Assembly: GCA_002793915.1 (NCBI GenBank)
Contig: PFEF01000008.1
Coordinates: 18,159-82,158 of the forward strand
Length of the DNA stretch: 64,000 nt
Source of the DNA: Candidatus Ryanbacteria bacterium CG10_big_fil_rev_8_21_14_0_10_43_42
Lineage (GTDB): Bacteria > Patescibacteriota > Minisyncoccia > Ryanbacterales > 2-02-FULL-48-12
Direction of reading: 5' to 3'
Shown here: piece by piece, positions 28,423 through 36,614 of the stretch
How positions within the stretch are numbered: the stretch's first letter is position 1
Layout: the number at the start of each line of letters is the position of its first letter
Translations under genes and position numbers: made by a program
The notes under the pieces: model-generated
Database searches by the model: none
What the model saw: only the letters and a program-made list of their open reading frames with translations
What the model was told of the DNA's origin: nothing

Positions 28423-28893
28423 TTAGGTTGTATTTGTTGAAGGTTTTATAACCACACGCCTGGTTTCTCCCTCCCCGATGCTTTCCGTCTCTATGTCAGG
28501 ATCTTCTGCGAGAGATACGTGAATAATACGGCGCTCGTATGCGCTCATGGGCTGCATAATAACTTCTTTTTTAAAATACCGCACACGTTGAGCGCTCATA
28601 CGTGCTCTGTCTTTAATTTCTTCAATGCGTTTTCGCTGGTAATCATTAACGTCAATAAGAAAGGGAATATACTCATCTCCCAAAACCCGCTCCGCCATGC
28701 GCTTTACAATAGCATGAAGTGCCAATAAGTGCTGTCCATTTTCCCCTATTAAAATGCCGCCGTCAGGCGTTTTAATATGAAAACATACGCTATCTATAAG
28801 CTCTGTTTCTTCAACCGAAGACACAATATTCATTCGTTTAAGCGTTTCTTCAAGAAGACTTCGTATCACCGGCGTTGTTTCGTTCTGGTTCAT
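28423..28893 (-). CDS. jag: Jag/KhpB-like RNA-binding protein (KH + R3H)
   Basis: 156 aa; R3H-like C-terminus; located downstream of yidC as in rnpA-yidC-jag operons; start may be at later Met because 44-nt overlap with yidC. Confidence 0.75.
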   Translation of the reverse strand: MNQNETTPVIRSLLEETLKRMNIVSSVEETELIDSVCFHIKTPDGGILIGENGQHLLALHAIVKRMAERVLGDEYIPFLIDVNDYQRKRIEEIKDRARMSAQRVRYFKKEVIMQPMSAYERRIIHVSLAEDPDIETESIGEGETRRVVIKPSTNTT

Positions 28894-29647
28894 GATCTTG
28901 GGAAGATGTGGCCATTATTATCTGTGCTTTTCTGCGCACGATTGACTCGTGGATAATAGCAAATAGGTTCATTGTTGTCCAATAAAGCGCAACAGCAGCC
29001 GGGAAACGAAGTCCGATTATAAAAATAACAATCGGCATTACGTACATCATCTGCGATGTCATGATACGGGAAATGTCGGGCATACCGGAAGAAGACTCTT
29101 TTGGCGGTGTTTTGGGGGATGGAGGCATTGCCAACTTCATTTGAATAAATTGTGTGATTGCAGCTAAAGCCGCCACAAAAACACTCGCCTCCATAAGATC
29201 GATAACCCCGAAAAACATGGTATGTATCGTTTCCGGCAACGCAACAAAAGAGTAAAGCTCTCCCGGAATCGTTTCCATATTAAGTCCGGCCCCAAAAACA
29301 TGATAAAGCGCAATAAGAATGGGGAGTTGCACAATAAGCATCAGGCATCCCGAAAAAGGATTAACGCCGTGCTCCTTATACAATGCCATAATCTTTTGCC
29401 CTTGTTCCTGCTGATTATCTTTATGTTCTTGGCGTATTTGGGAAATTTTTGGCTCAAGTGTGCGCATTTTTGCCTGCGCTTTCACTGAATGATGAGTAAA
29501 AGGAAACAATAAAAACCGCACCGCAATCGTAAGGATAATAACAGCAAAACCAAGATCATGAAATGGTAAGAATGTCGTTAAAAGAATAAGCGCATTTAAG
29601 AGCGGTTTATGGAGAATTTCGTTATAGAGTGTTATAAAAATATTCAT
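28850..29647 (-). CDS. yidC: membrane protein insertase YidC (short, monoderm-type)
   Basis: 265 aa; 5 TM; conserved YidC core motifs (LLPFH..LT...RFLLFP, PILIALY). Confidence 0.85.
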   Translation of the reverse strand: MNIFITLYNEILHKPLLNALILLTTFLPFHDLGFAVIILTIAVRFLLFPFTHHSVKAQAKMRTLEPKISQIRQEHKDNQQEQGQKIMALYKEHGVNPFSGCLMLIVQLPILIALYHVFGAGLNMETIPGELYSFVALPETIHTMFFGVIDLMEASVFVAALAAITQFIQMKLAMPPSPKTPPKESSSGMPDISRIMTSQMMYVMPIVIFIIGLRFPAAVALYWTTMNLFAIIHESIVRRKAQIIMATSSQDHEPERNNAGDTKSS

Positions 29648-29656
29648 TGGTAATTA

Positions 29657-29890
29657 TTACTTAACAGGATCATATATATCATGCCGAGAAAAAGGGTGGC
29701 ACCTGCCAATACGACGCATGCCACACCATATTCCTTTTATAAACCCATATGTTGTGAGCGCATTTATGGTGTATTCGGAACAAGATGGGTAAAAACGACA
29801 CGTGCGAGCACGCCCTCTCATAAAGAATCCATGATCAGGTGAGAAAAAAAAGCGATACGTCTTTATAATATATACGGCTACTAAGACCAT
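29657..29890 (-). CDS. yidD: membrane protein insertion efficiency factor YidD
   Basis: 77 aa; CRFYPSCSEY...GRCHP motif. Confidence 0.8.
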   Translation of the reverse strand: MVLVAVYIIKTYRFFFSPDHGFFMRGRARTCRFYPSCSEYTINALTTYGFIKGIWCGMRRIGRCHPFSRHDIYDPVK

Positions 29891-29898
29891 GTTTACTA

Positions 29899-30273
29899 TT
29901 AATCTATTTCTAACTTAGAGTGCTTACTTCTATCGTTCATGATAGCACTTTTTTTCAGTATTATCTCTATATGTTTTTTCATATCCTTATAAGATATACC
30001 GACAATATCCGGGTACGTACGCAATACGCAATCATACCCACCGGAGAGAGAAGGCAGATAAAATCGTATAATCTCATGAAGCTGTCTTCTAAGACGATTT
30101 CTAACAACAGCATTCTTGGAAACAGCTCCGGAAACAACAAAACCGAATCGTATATACTTTCGGTCTGTTCTGCTATATAAGAGCGTAAGGGGACCGCTTC
30201 GGGCCGTATGACGAGCGTCAAACACCCCCTTAAAATCTCCTCTGCTTACTAAACGATGTGTTTTAGGTAGCAA
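29899..30273 (-). CDS. rnpA: ribonuclease P protein component
   Basis: 124 aa; LPKTHRL...RNRLRRQL motif. Confidence 0.85.
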   Translation of the reverse strand: MLPKTHRLVSRGDFKGVFDARHTARSGPLTLLYSRTDRKYIRFGFVVSGAVSKNAVVRNRLRRQLHEIIRFYLPSLSGGYDCVLRTYPDIVGISYKDMKKHIEIILKKSAIMNDRSKHSKLEID

Positions 30274-30301
30274 TTTCCTTTATTTACAAGGTTTTTATAG
30301 G

Positions 30302-30436
30302 TTATACCGTAAGCTTGGCCCGCCCCTTTCGACGTCGTCGAAGAAGGACGTTTCTTCCCGTCTTTGACAACGAACGCTTTAGAAATCCATGCGTACGCTT
30401 ACGTTTTTTGTTCTTTGGTTGATAGGTAACTGACAT
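30302..30436 (-). CDS. rpmH: 50S ribosomal protein L34
   Basis: 44-aa translation [44 protein letters not shown]; not in ORF track (short). Confidence 0.85.
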   Translation of the reverse strand: MSVTYQPKNKKRKRTHGFLKRSLSKTGRNVLLRRRRKGRAKLTV

Positions 30437-30680
30437 ATCAAACACCATACCATACTTTCTTTTATACTTCAATATGGATGTTTATTTTCTCTAAAATAAG
30501 AAGTTCATACACAGGTTATACACAATTGATTGATTTTGAGGATAATATGTGGATAATTTTTTTCTTTACCTCTTTTCTGATACAATATACATACAAAGAA
30601 AAAATATACGGCATGTGGATAATATATTTCCCTTTTTTCTTAACTTTGAACCTTTTAGTCACCCATAACTGTTCTTAATT
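30437..30680. promoter_or_regulatory. oriC-associated region upstream of dnaA with DnaA boxes
   Basis: TTATACACA at 30516-30524; TGTGGATAA (revcomp TTATCCACA) at 30548-30556 and 30614-30622; rpmH/dnaA divergent junction. Confidence 0.5.
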
Positions 30681-32057
30681 ATGACAAACGAGGAATTATG
30701 GCAGGCAGTTCTCGGGGAAGTTGAGCTCGCTATCTCACGCGCTAACTTCATAACGTGGTTTAAACACACATCTATTGCACAAAATGAACATAATGGCATC
30801 GTAGTACATGTACCAAATGCCTTTACGAAGGAATGGTTGGAAAATAAGTATCATAAGCTTATTATGCGGGCTCTTAGAAGTAATAATCCCGACGTACGCA
30901 GTATTGAATACGTTATCTCATCCTCTCCACCGCCCATATATACTCTCGACACACCATCACGGCCGCAAGCGGTCGTTATTGAAACGACCGGACAAGAAGA
31001 ACAGCTTGATTTTCAGGACTTTAGCGTTGACAAAGAAACAAATCTTAACCCTCGTTATACTTTTGATACGTTTGTCGTTGGGGGGTTTAATGAACTTGCT
31101 CATGCGGCGGCAATGTCTGTTGTAAAAAACATAGCGTCCCTCTATAATCCCTTGTTTATTTATGGTGGTGTGGGTCTTGGAAAAACCCATCTTTTGCAAT
31201 CCATCGGGAATGCGGTTAAAAAAGAAAATCCGTCTCTTTCCGTGCATTATGCAACATCAGAAAAATTCACCAACGATCTTATTACCGCCATACAAAACAA
31301 CGAACCCCAACGATTTAAAGACCGTTACCGTAAATTCGACGTTCTTATTATCGATGATATTCAGTTCATTGCCGGAAAGGTGCGTACCCAGGAAGAGTTT
31401 TTTCATACATTCAATGCATTGTATGAAAACAATAAGCAGGTTATTTTTTCATCCGACCGACCGCCAAAATCAATCCCCGATCTGGAAGAACGCCTTCGTT
31501 CTCGCTTTGAAGCCGGTCTTATTGCTGATGTATCCCAGCCCGACTACGAGACACGCCTTGCTATTACACGATCAAAAGCCGCCGCACGCAACCTTTCCGT
31601 TCCGCCTGAAACCCTTGAATATATAGCCTCCGCCGTCGAAAAAAACATCCGTGAACTTGAAGGAGCGCTTAATATAGTCGTTGCACGAAGTAAAGTACTA
31701 GGACGCCCGCTTACTCCCGAAGAAACAAAGGAAATCCTTCTTCAAATAATTAATAAGCCGAAAAAAGTCATTACCGCGGCGCGAATCATTAAGGAAGTTT
31801 GTCAGTTATATGATATTCAGGAACGCCACTTATTTGAACGAAGCCGTAGGCGTGAAATTGTACGTCCCCGTCAGATAGCCATGTATCTTCTACGTCAAGA
31901 TTTTGGAGGATCCTTTCCGTATATCGGACAAAAATTTGGCGGCCGTGACCATACGACAGCTATTCATGCCTATGAGAAGATTTTACGCGACATGAAGACC
32001 GATACAAAATTGTCCGATGAAATAAATATGCTTCGCGATCAAATCTATGAAACGTAA
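30681..32057 (+). CDS. dnaA: chromosomal replication initiator protein DnaA
   Basis: 458 aa; Walker A GGVGLGKTHL, DnaA signature, C-terminal HTH (GGRDHTTAIHA). Confidence 0.95.
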   Translation: MTNEELWQAVLGEVELAISRANFITWFKHTSIAQNEHNGIVVHVPNAFTKEWLENKYHKLIMRALRSNNPDVRSIEYVISSSPPPIYTLDTPSRPQAVVIETTGQEEQLDFQDFSVDKETNLNPRYTFDTFVVGGFNELAHAAAMSVVKNIASLYNPLFIYGGVGLGKTHLLQSIGNAVKKENPSLSVHYATSEKFTNDLITAIQNNEPQRFKDRYRKFDVLIIDDIQFIAGKVRTQEEFFHTFNALYENNKQVIFSSDRPPKSIPDLEERLRSRFEAGLIADVSQPDYETRLAITRSKAAARNLSVPPETLEYIASAVEKNIRELEGALNIVVARSKVLGRPLTPEETKEILLQIINKPKKVITAARIIKEVCQLYDIQERHLFERSRRREIVRPRQIAMYLLRQDFGGSFPYIGQKFGGRDHTTAIHAYEKILRDMKTDTKLSDEINMLRDQIYET

Positions 32058-32362
32058 GGATATTCCGTACATAACCCCATAAAAAGACATTACAAAAGAC
32101 AAAGGGGATTACCCGTTAATAACAAGTGGTGAATCTACGTATAACATAGTTGTAAGATATCCCTCCCGAAAAACACCTTCACATACCATACATGTTATAC
32201 CCTACTTCCTCCTCTTTTTATCCCCACACCGATTACACATAAGACGATGTGCAGTAGGAGATTTATGAAGTTATCCACCTATCCACAGGCCTTACTACTA
32301 GTGCAAAAAATAATAATTATTTTCTTTATTACTAATAAGTAATTAATAAAGATCCGGAATAT
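32058..32362. promoter_or_regulatory. oriC-associated region between dnaA and dnaN: tandem DnaA boxes plus AT-rich tract
   Basis: TTATCCACC 32271-32279 and CTATCCACA 32279-32287; AT-rich 32305-32350. Confidence 0.5.
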
Positions 32363-33466
32363 ATGAAATTCACCGTTCTCAAAGACAATCTAAAGGAAGC
32401 CGTTTTATTGGCGGAAAAAACCACCGGACGCAAGTCTTCACTTCCTATATTGTCCGCTATATTAATAACAGCTGAAAAGGGGCGTATTACTCTTACTGCC
32501 ACAAATCTTGAAACCGGCATTGAAATTACATTACCGGGCAAGATTGAGCAAGAAGGAAGAATAGCGGTTCCGGCGCGTGTTTTAAGTTCTTATGTAGGTT
32601 TACTTAGAGATGAGCAAGTAGAAGGATTACTTGAGGGGGATAATTTGGTATTAAAAACAGGTGCGGGACGAACAGTTATGCGTGTGTATCCAGCGGATGA
32701 ATTTCCTCTTCTTCCTAAAACAGAGGAGGGACATATGATTGAATTACCGGCACGTACAGTACGCGATTCACTTAGGCGTGTTGCGGTAGCGGCGGCAACG
32801 TCTGATATAAAACCTGAAATTGCGAGTATTTTATTCGCCTTTACACCAAAGGATCTTATAATAGCCGCAACGGATAGTTTTCGGCTTGCGGAAGCGAAAA
32901 TTACCGGGACATACGGAGTTTCCGGTGATGGTATGCGTTTTTTATTGCCGGTACGCAGTGCACATGAACTTGTGCGCCTCTTAGATAATGAAGACGGATC
33001 GGTAGAGGCTTATATTTCCAAAGGGTATGTTACGTTTTTAACAAAACGCTTCCGTATGGTCTCCCGGTTAACGGAAGGTGTATATCCGGATTATGAGCGC
33101 ATTATACCGACAAAATTTATTACAGAGGCGCAGGTGAAGCGAGATGATGTGTTAGAAATGCTTCGTCTGTCCAGTGTGTTTATAGGAAAACTTCAGGATG
33201 TTGCGTTGTTTGTAGATCCTGCTGGTATTATGCGTGTTGATACGGTAAATGCGGAAGTGGGTGAAAATACATCTCATATTCCGGTAGAGGCTAAAGGAGA
33301 AACAATGCAGATAAGTTTTAATCATCGTTATGTTCTTGATGGTCTTACGCAATTACCTGGTGGAGATACGTTTTTTGGCTTTACATCCGCTTCCGGTCCT
33401 TTGTTAATGCAGAGTAAGGGGGAGGAGGGAAGGTATAGATATATTGTTATGCCAATGAAGGTTTAA
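32363..33466 (+). CDS. dnaN: DNA polymerase III beta sliding clamp
   Basis: 367 aa; three-domain beta-clamp pattern; immediately after dnaA. Confidence 0.9.
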   Translation: MKFTVLKDNLKEAVLLAEKTTGRKSSLPILSAILITAEKGRITLTATNLETGIEITLPGKIEQEGRIAVPARVLSSYVGLLRDEQVEGLLEGDNLVLKTGAGRTVMRVYPADEFPLLPKTEEGHMIELPARTVRDSLRRVAVAAATSDIKPEIASILFAFTPKDLIIAATDSFRLAEAKITGTYGVSGDGMRFLLPVRSAHELVRLLDNEDGSVEAYISKGYVTFLTKRFRMVSRLTEGVYPDYERIIPTKFITEAQVKRDDVLEMLRLSSVFIGKLQDVALFVDPAGIMRVDTVNAEVGENTSHIPVEAKGETMQISFNHRYVLDGLTQLPGGDTFFGFTSASGPLLMQSKGEEGRYRYIVMPMKV

Positions 33467-33567
33467 TATAAAAGTATCCTGTTCGATATATTATTTTTTT
33501 ATTGCTTTTATATGAACTCTTACCTATAAATAATACTGATATGTTCCTTAAATAAAGGAGGTAGGTG

Positions 33568-34296
33568 ATGGATATTGAAGAGCGGCTTATTATTGCGGCA
33601 GACTACGATCCCGAAAAATCCGGTGGCGTAAAGGATGTTGTCCGTAATGTGCTTAATCTGGCGGATAACCTTGAAGGTCTTGGTGTATACATTAAGGTTA
33701 ACTCCGCGCTACGAGTGGCGGGGTATTATCTTATAAATAAGTTGCATGATAGGGGTTTGAAAGTATTTGCGGATTTGAAGCTTATCGATATTCCAAATAC
33801 AATGAAAACCGATGCTTTATTGCTGGCTGATTATTTTCCGGAAATACTCACGGTTATGTGTTGTGCGGGTACTTCCGGTATGCGCGCCGTTCAAAATGTA
33901 CTTTCGAAAACAAAAGTTCTTGGGGTTACGGTGCTTACAAGTCTTAATGATGAAGAATGTCGCAGTGTGTTTAACTGTTCCGTTAATGATGGAGTGTTGC
34001 GATTTGCTCATATGGCGAAGTTAGCCGGCTTAAATGAGCTCGTAATTTCACCCAAGGAAGTTGAGGTTATTAAAAATAACTTCGATTCTGAATTTTGGCT
34101 CAATACGCCGGGGATTCGTCCTGAATGGAATTTAGTTGAAGGAGACGATCAGTCACGTTTCCTAACGCCCGTTCAGGCGATTAGAAACGGAGCAACGCGC
34201 ATTGTTGTTGGACGCCCAATTACTAAAGACAAGAATCCAAGGGAAGCCACAGAACGCACCTTGGAAGAAATAAGGCAGGGATTAAGCGAAAATTAA
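33568..34296 (+). CDS. pyrF: orotidine 5'-phosphate decarboxylase
   Basis: DLKLIDIPNT active-site motif, VVGRPI near C-terminus; AGGAGG SD 6 nt upstream of ATG 33568. Confidence 0.85.
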   Translation: MDIEERLIIAADYDPEKSGGVKDVVRNVLNLADNLEGLGVYIKVNSALRVAGYYLINKLHDRGLKVFADLKLIDIPNTMKTDALLLADYFPEILTVMCCAGTSGMRAVQNVLSKTKVLGVTVLTSLNDEECRSVFNCSVNDGVLRFAHMAKLAGLNELVISPKEVEVIKNNFDSEFWLNTPGIRPEWNLVEGDDQSRFLTPVQAIRNGATRIVVGRPITKDKNPREATERTLEEIRQGLSEN

Positions 34297-34446
34297 CTCC
34301 ACTCTAACGAATAAAAACCCTTTGCAAATAATGCATAATTGGGTTTTTTTTATAAAAATGGAAAAAATAGAAATAGGTGTCAGGCACTTTTTGGACAACA
34401 TACCAATGAACGTTCACTGAACATATCATGGTATGTTTTTTTGTGG

Positions 34447-34479
34447 GGAAAGAAAAAGCCCAGATGGGGGTGTCTGGGC
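34447..34479 (-). terminator. rho-independent terminator for minus-strand gene 34488-34835
   Basis: GCCCAGA-n8-TCTGGGC hairpin (34458-34479); on minus strand followed by TTTTTCTTTCC; 9 nt after stop. Confidence 0.5.
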
Positions 34480-34487
34480 GGGGCTTG

Positions 34488-34835
34488 TTATAAGAACTTG
34501 TTATTCTTCAGTAAAGACACTAGTTGGATAAGAAGCCACGAGGTTTCATTTGGGTTGCCTTGTGGACCTAGCCATTTATCGTTAATAAAACAGATAAGTC
34601 TGCGTGCATAACAATATACTGCGAGTTCTGTTCTATAATCCACCCCTTGTATGTGGGGTATTTCTACAAGTGCGATCTCGTCTGTTGGTAATGTTTCCTT
34701 TACTTGATTCCACCGTTTAAAAGAGTAGGGAATTTCCATCGTATCCAGGAAAGTAAATAAATGGGGCGAATAATAGCGTGTTATTGTTTTATGGATGTTG
34801 CCTCCACTTATATAGACATTCATTAAGTTCTCCAT
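34488..34835 (-). CDS. hypothetical protein (115 aa)
   Basis: ORF with downstream intrinsic terminator; no family recognised. Confidence 0.45.
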   Translation of the reverse strand: MENLMNVYISGGNIHKTITRYYSPHLFTFLDTMEIPYSFKRWNQVKETLPTDEIALVEIPHIQGVDYRTELAVYCYARRLICFINDKWLGPQGNPNETSWLLIQLVSLLKNNKFL

Positions 34836-34945
34836 TTCTTTTCGAGTATCTTTTTACAATATACTAGTATTGGTTTTGTAACACAAATTATTGTTTAACT
34901 TTCGAGAGAAGAGCAAGAGCAGTGATTTTAGCGGCGGTTGCTTAT

Positions 34946-34982
34946 GAAAAAAGCGTACCATAAGCATAGTACGCTTTTGTTG
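34946..34982 (-). terminator. rho-independent terminator downstream of sigma-factor gene (bidirectional-looking)
   Basis: AGCGTAC-n10-GTACGCT (34952-34975) flanked by A6 and T-run. Confidence 0.55.
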
Positions 34983-35027
34983 TAGAAATCCCTGTTTCAT
35001 ACGGGTAGAAACTCAAGATAGGGACTC

Positions 35028-36476
35028 TTATTCTGATACTGCGGCATGGAAGAGATCATTAAGCAATCCGATCACGATAGCTTTCTTCGCATAAAGATCA
35101 AGACAGGATAATTCCTTCCGAAGTTCCTGGACCCTGTCGGTAAGTTGTATTTCTTCTTTGCGGGGCAGAAGCGCCTTGATCGCTAATGCGGTTATCGCTT
35201 CAGGAAGACGGACGGACTCATTACCGACAGTACCAAAATCAGAGCCTTTGCATGATGTACGCGCATCAATATAGGGAGAATGATCAACGTTAGTTCGGGT
35301 TGATAGATCGCGTACTTCATAAATACGCGGTTTGTCTTTATTGTCGTTCGGGTTCAAACATACTAGTAGATCAAAATCTATCAGATGTTTCATAGCGTAT
35401 GCCGGGACGTTTGCTTGGCGGAGGATCTTTTTCGGATTCATTACTACAAAACAATCTCTTTCATATTGCATCGCATGCTTCTTAAGCACAGTTAAGGCGA
35501 TTTCATACTGTTCCCTACGCTCTGTTGTTCCTTTGCGGTACCCTTGCGGCTGGTTGTCGGGTACGGGAAGGCTTTCAGAACGCCTTTTTTTAACCTCCTT
35601 ATTGGAATTCCCCCCTTGAGGACCGGTTGCGGGCGCTGAATTCATGATCTCACGCATCTCTTTTATGGCTTGTGTTTTTAACTGACTTATCCTACTTTCT
35701 GTCAGATTCAACATTTGTCCAACTTCTTTTTCAGTGCGATCCTCATAAAATAGAAGGGTCAATACTTGTTTGCTTCGATGTGGTAGAAGATCAAGGGTCT
35801 TAATCGCCATACGGAGTAATTCCGCCTCCTCTACTGCGGATTCCGGATTATTCGAGTAATCAGGCAACTCGAATTCATAGGATTCCAAGTAATGGTAATG
35901 ATTCTCTGTATTACCCGGATAGGGAGGCAGTATATCCCCTAAACCTCTTACATCGATATGTGCACGTGCCCTTCTTTTCTGAAATTCCTCCATGGTGAGG
36001 CCTAACCGCTCCGCCTCTTCTTCATGAGTTGGAGTGCGATGAAGCTCCTGCTTCAAATTTAAATTATTAGAAGTAATTTCTCTCTCCATCCTACGCGAAG
36101 AGCGCGGCGCTATATCAATGGAGCGTAAATGTTTTATCATTTCCCCATTGATTCGCTTCTTTGCATAGTCAGTAAAAGCAACACCATAAGACGGATCATA
36201 CCGGTCTCTACACTGAAGCAAGCCGACCACACCGCTTTGAAAAAGCTCTTCGATAGAAACAGTATTCCGCCGTAAGGATTTCTGCATATTCTGCGCCATA
36301 GTGCGCACCATCGGTAGAAGGGATTCTACATCGATGGGAGCATCGGCAATTTCCCTTTCTTCAGAAGACATAAAACTCATCCCCCATTCTGAATTTATGT
36401 TATGTGAAGGTATGTGTGTTAATGAGCACGTGTAGAAACTCTGCGTACGCGACACAGTATCTTTTACGCAACTCAC
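35028..36476 (-). CDS. sigma-70 family (FliA/WhiG/sigma-28-like) RNA polymerase sigma factor fused to ~200-aa C-terminal domain of unknown function
   Basis: region 2 (FTDYAKKRINGEMIKHLR) and region 4 HTH (EKEVGQMLNLTESRISQLKTQAIKEMRE) recognisable in first ~270 aa; long C-terminal extension; alternative start MSFMSSEE at 36380. Confidence 0.75.
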   Translation of the reverse strand: MSCVKDTVSRTQSFYTCSLTHIPSHNINSEWGMSFMSSEEREIADAPIDVESLLPMVRTMAQNMQKSLRRNTVSIEELFQSGVVGLLQCRDRYDPSYGVAFTDYAKKRINGEMIKHLRSIDIAPRSSRRMEREITSNNLNLKQELHRTPTHEEEAERLGLTMEEFQKRRARAHIDVRGLGDILPPYPGNTENHYHYLESYEFELPDYSNNPESAVEEAELLRMAIKTLDLLPHRSKQVLTLLFYEDRTEKEVGQMLNLTESRISQLKTQAIKEMREIMNSAPATGPQGGNSNKEVKKRRSESLPVPDNQPQGYRKGTTERREQYEIALTVLKKHAMQYERDCFVVMNPKKILRQANVPAYAMKHLIDFDLLVCLNPNDNKDKPRIYEVRDLSTRTNVDHSPYIDARTSCKGSDFGTVGNESVRLPEAITALAIKALLPRKEEIQLTDRVQELRKELSCLDLYAKKAIVIGLLNDLFHAAVSE

Positions 36477-36507
36477 GCAAAGAATTACACGCTTACATTA
36501 CTGCCCG

Positions 36508-36544
36508 AACCGAATAAGATTACCTACAAAGGTTATTCGGTTTT
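36508..36544. promoter_or_regulatory. 10-bp perfect inverted repeat (AACCGAATAA-n15-TTATTCGGTT) in sigma-factor upstream region
   Basis: direct reading; plus-sense T4 follows, but no plus gene upstream. Confidence 0.3.
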
Positions 36545-36614
36545 CGGACATTGTACGTTATAATCTATCTTTTAGCAATGACCTATCTTATTTATATTCG
36601 GCAACACGCACCCC

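Noticed and set aside
36508-36544. Inverted repeat upstream of sigma gene interpreted as an intrinsic terminator
   Set aside because: T-run only on plus sense, where no upstream gene exists; kept only as a possible regulatory hairpin.
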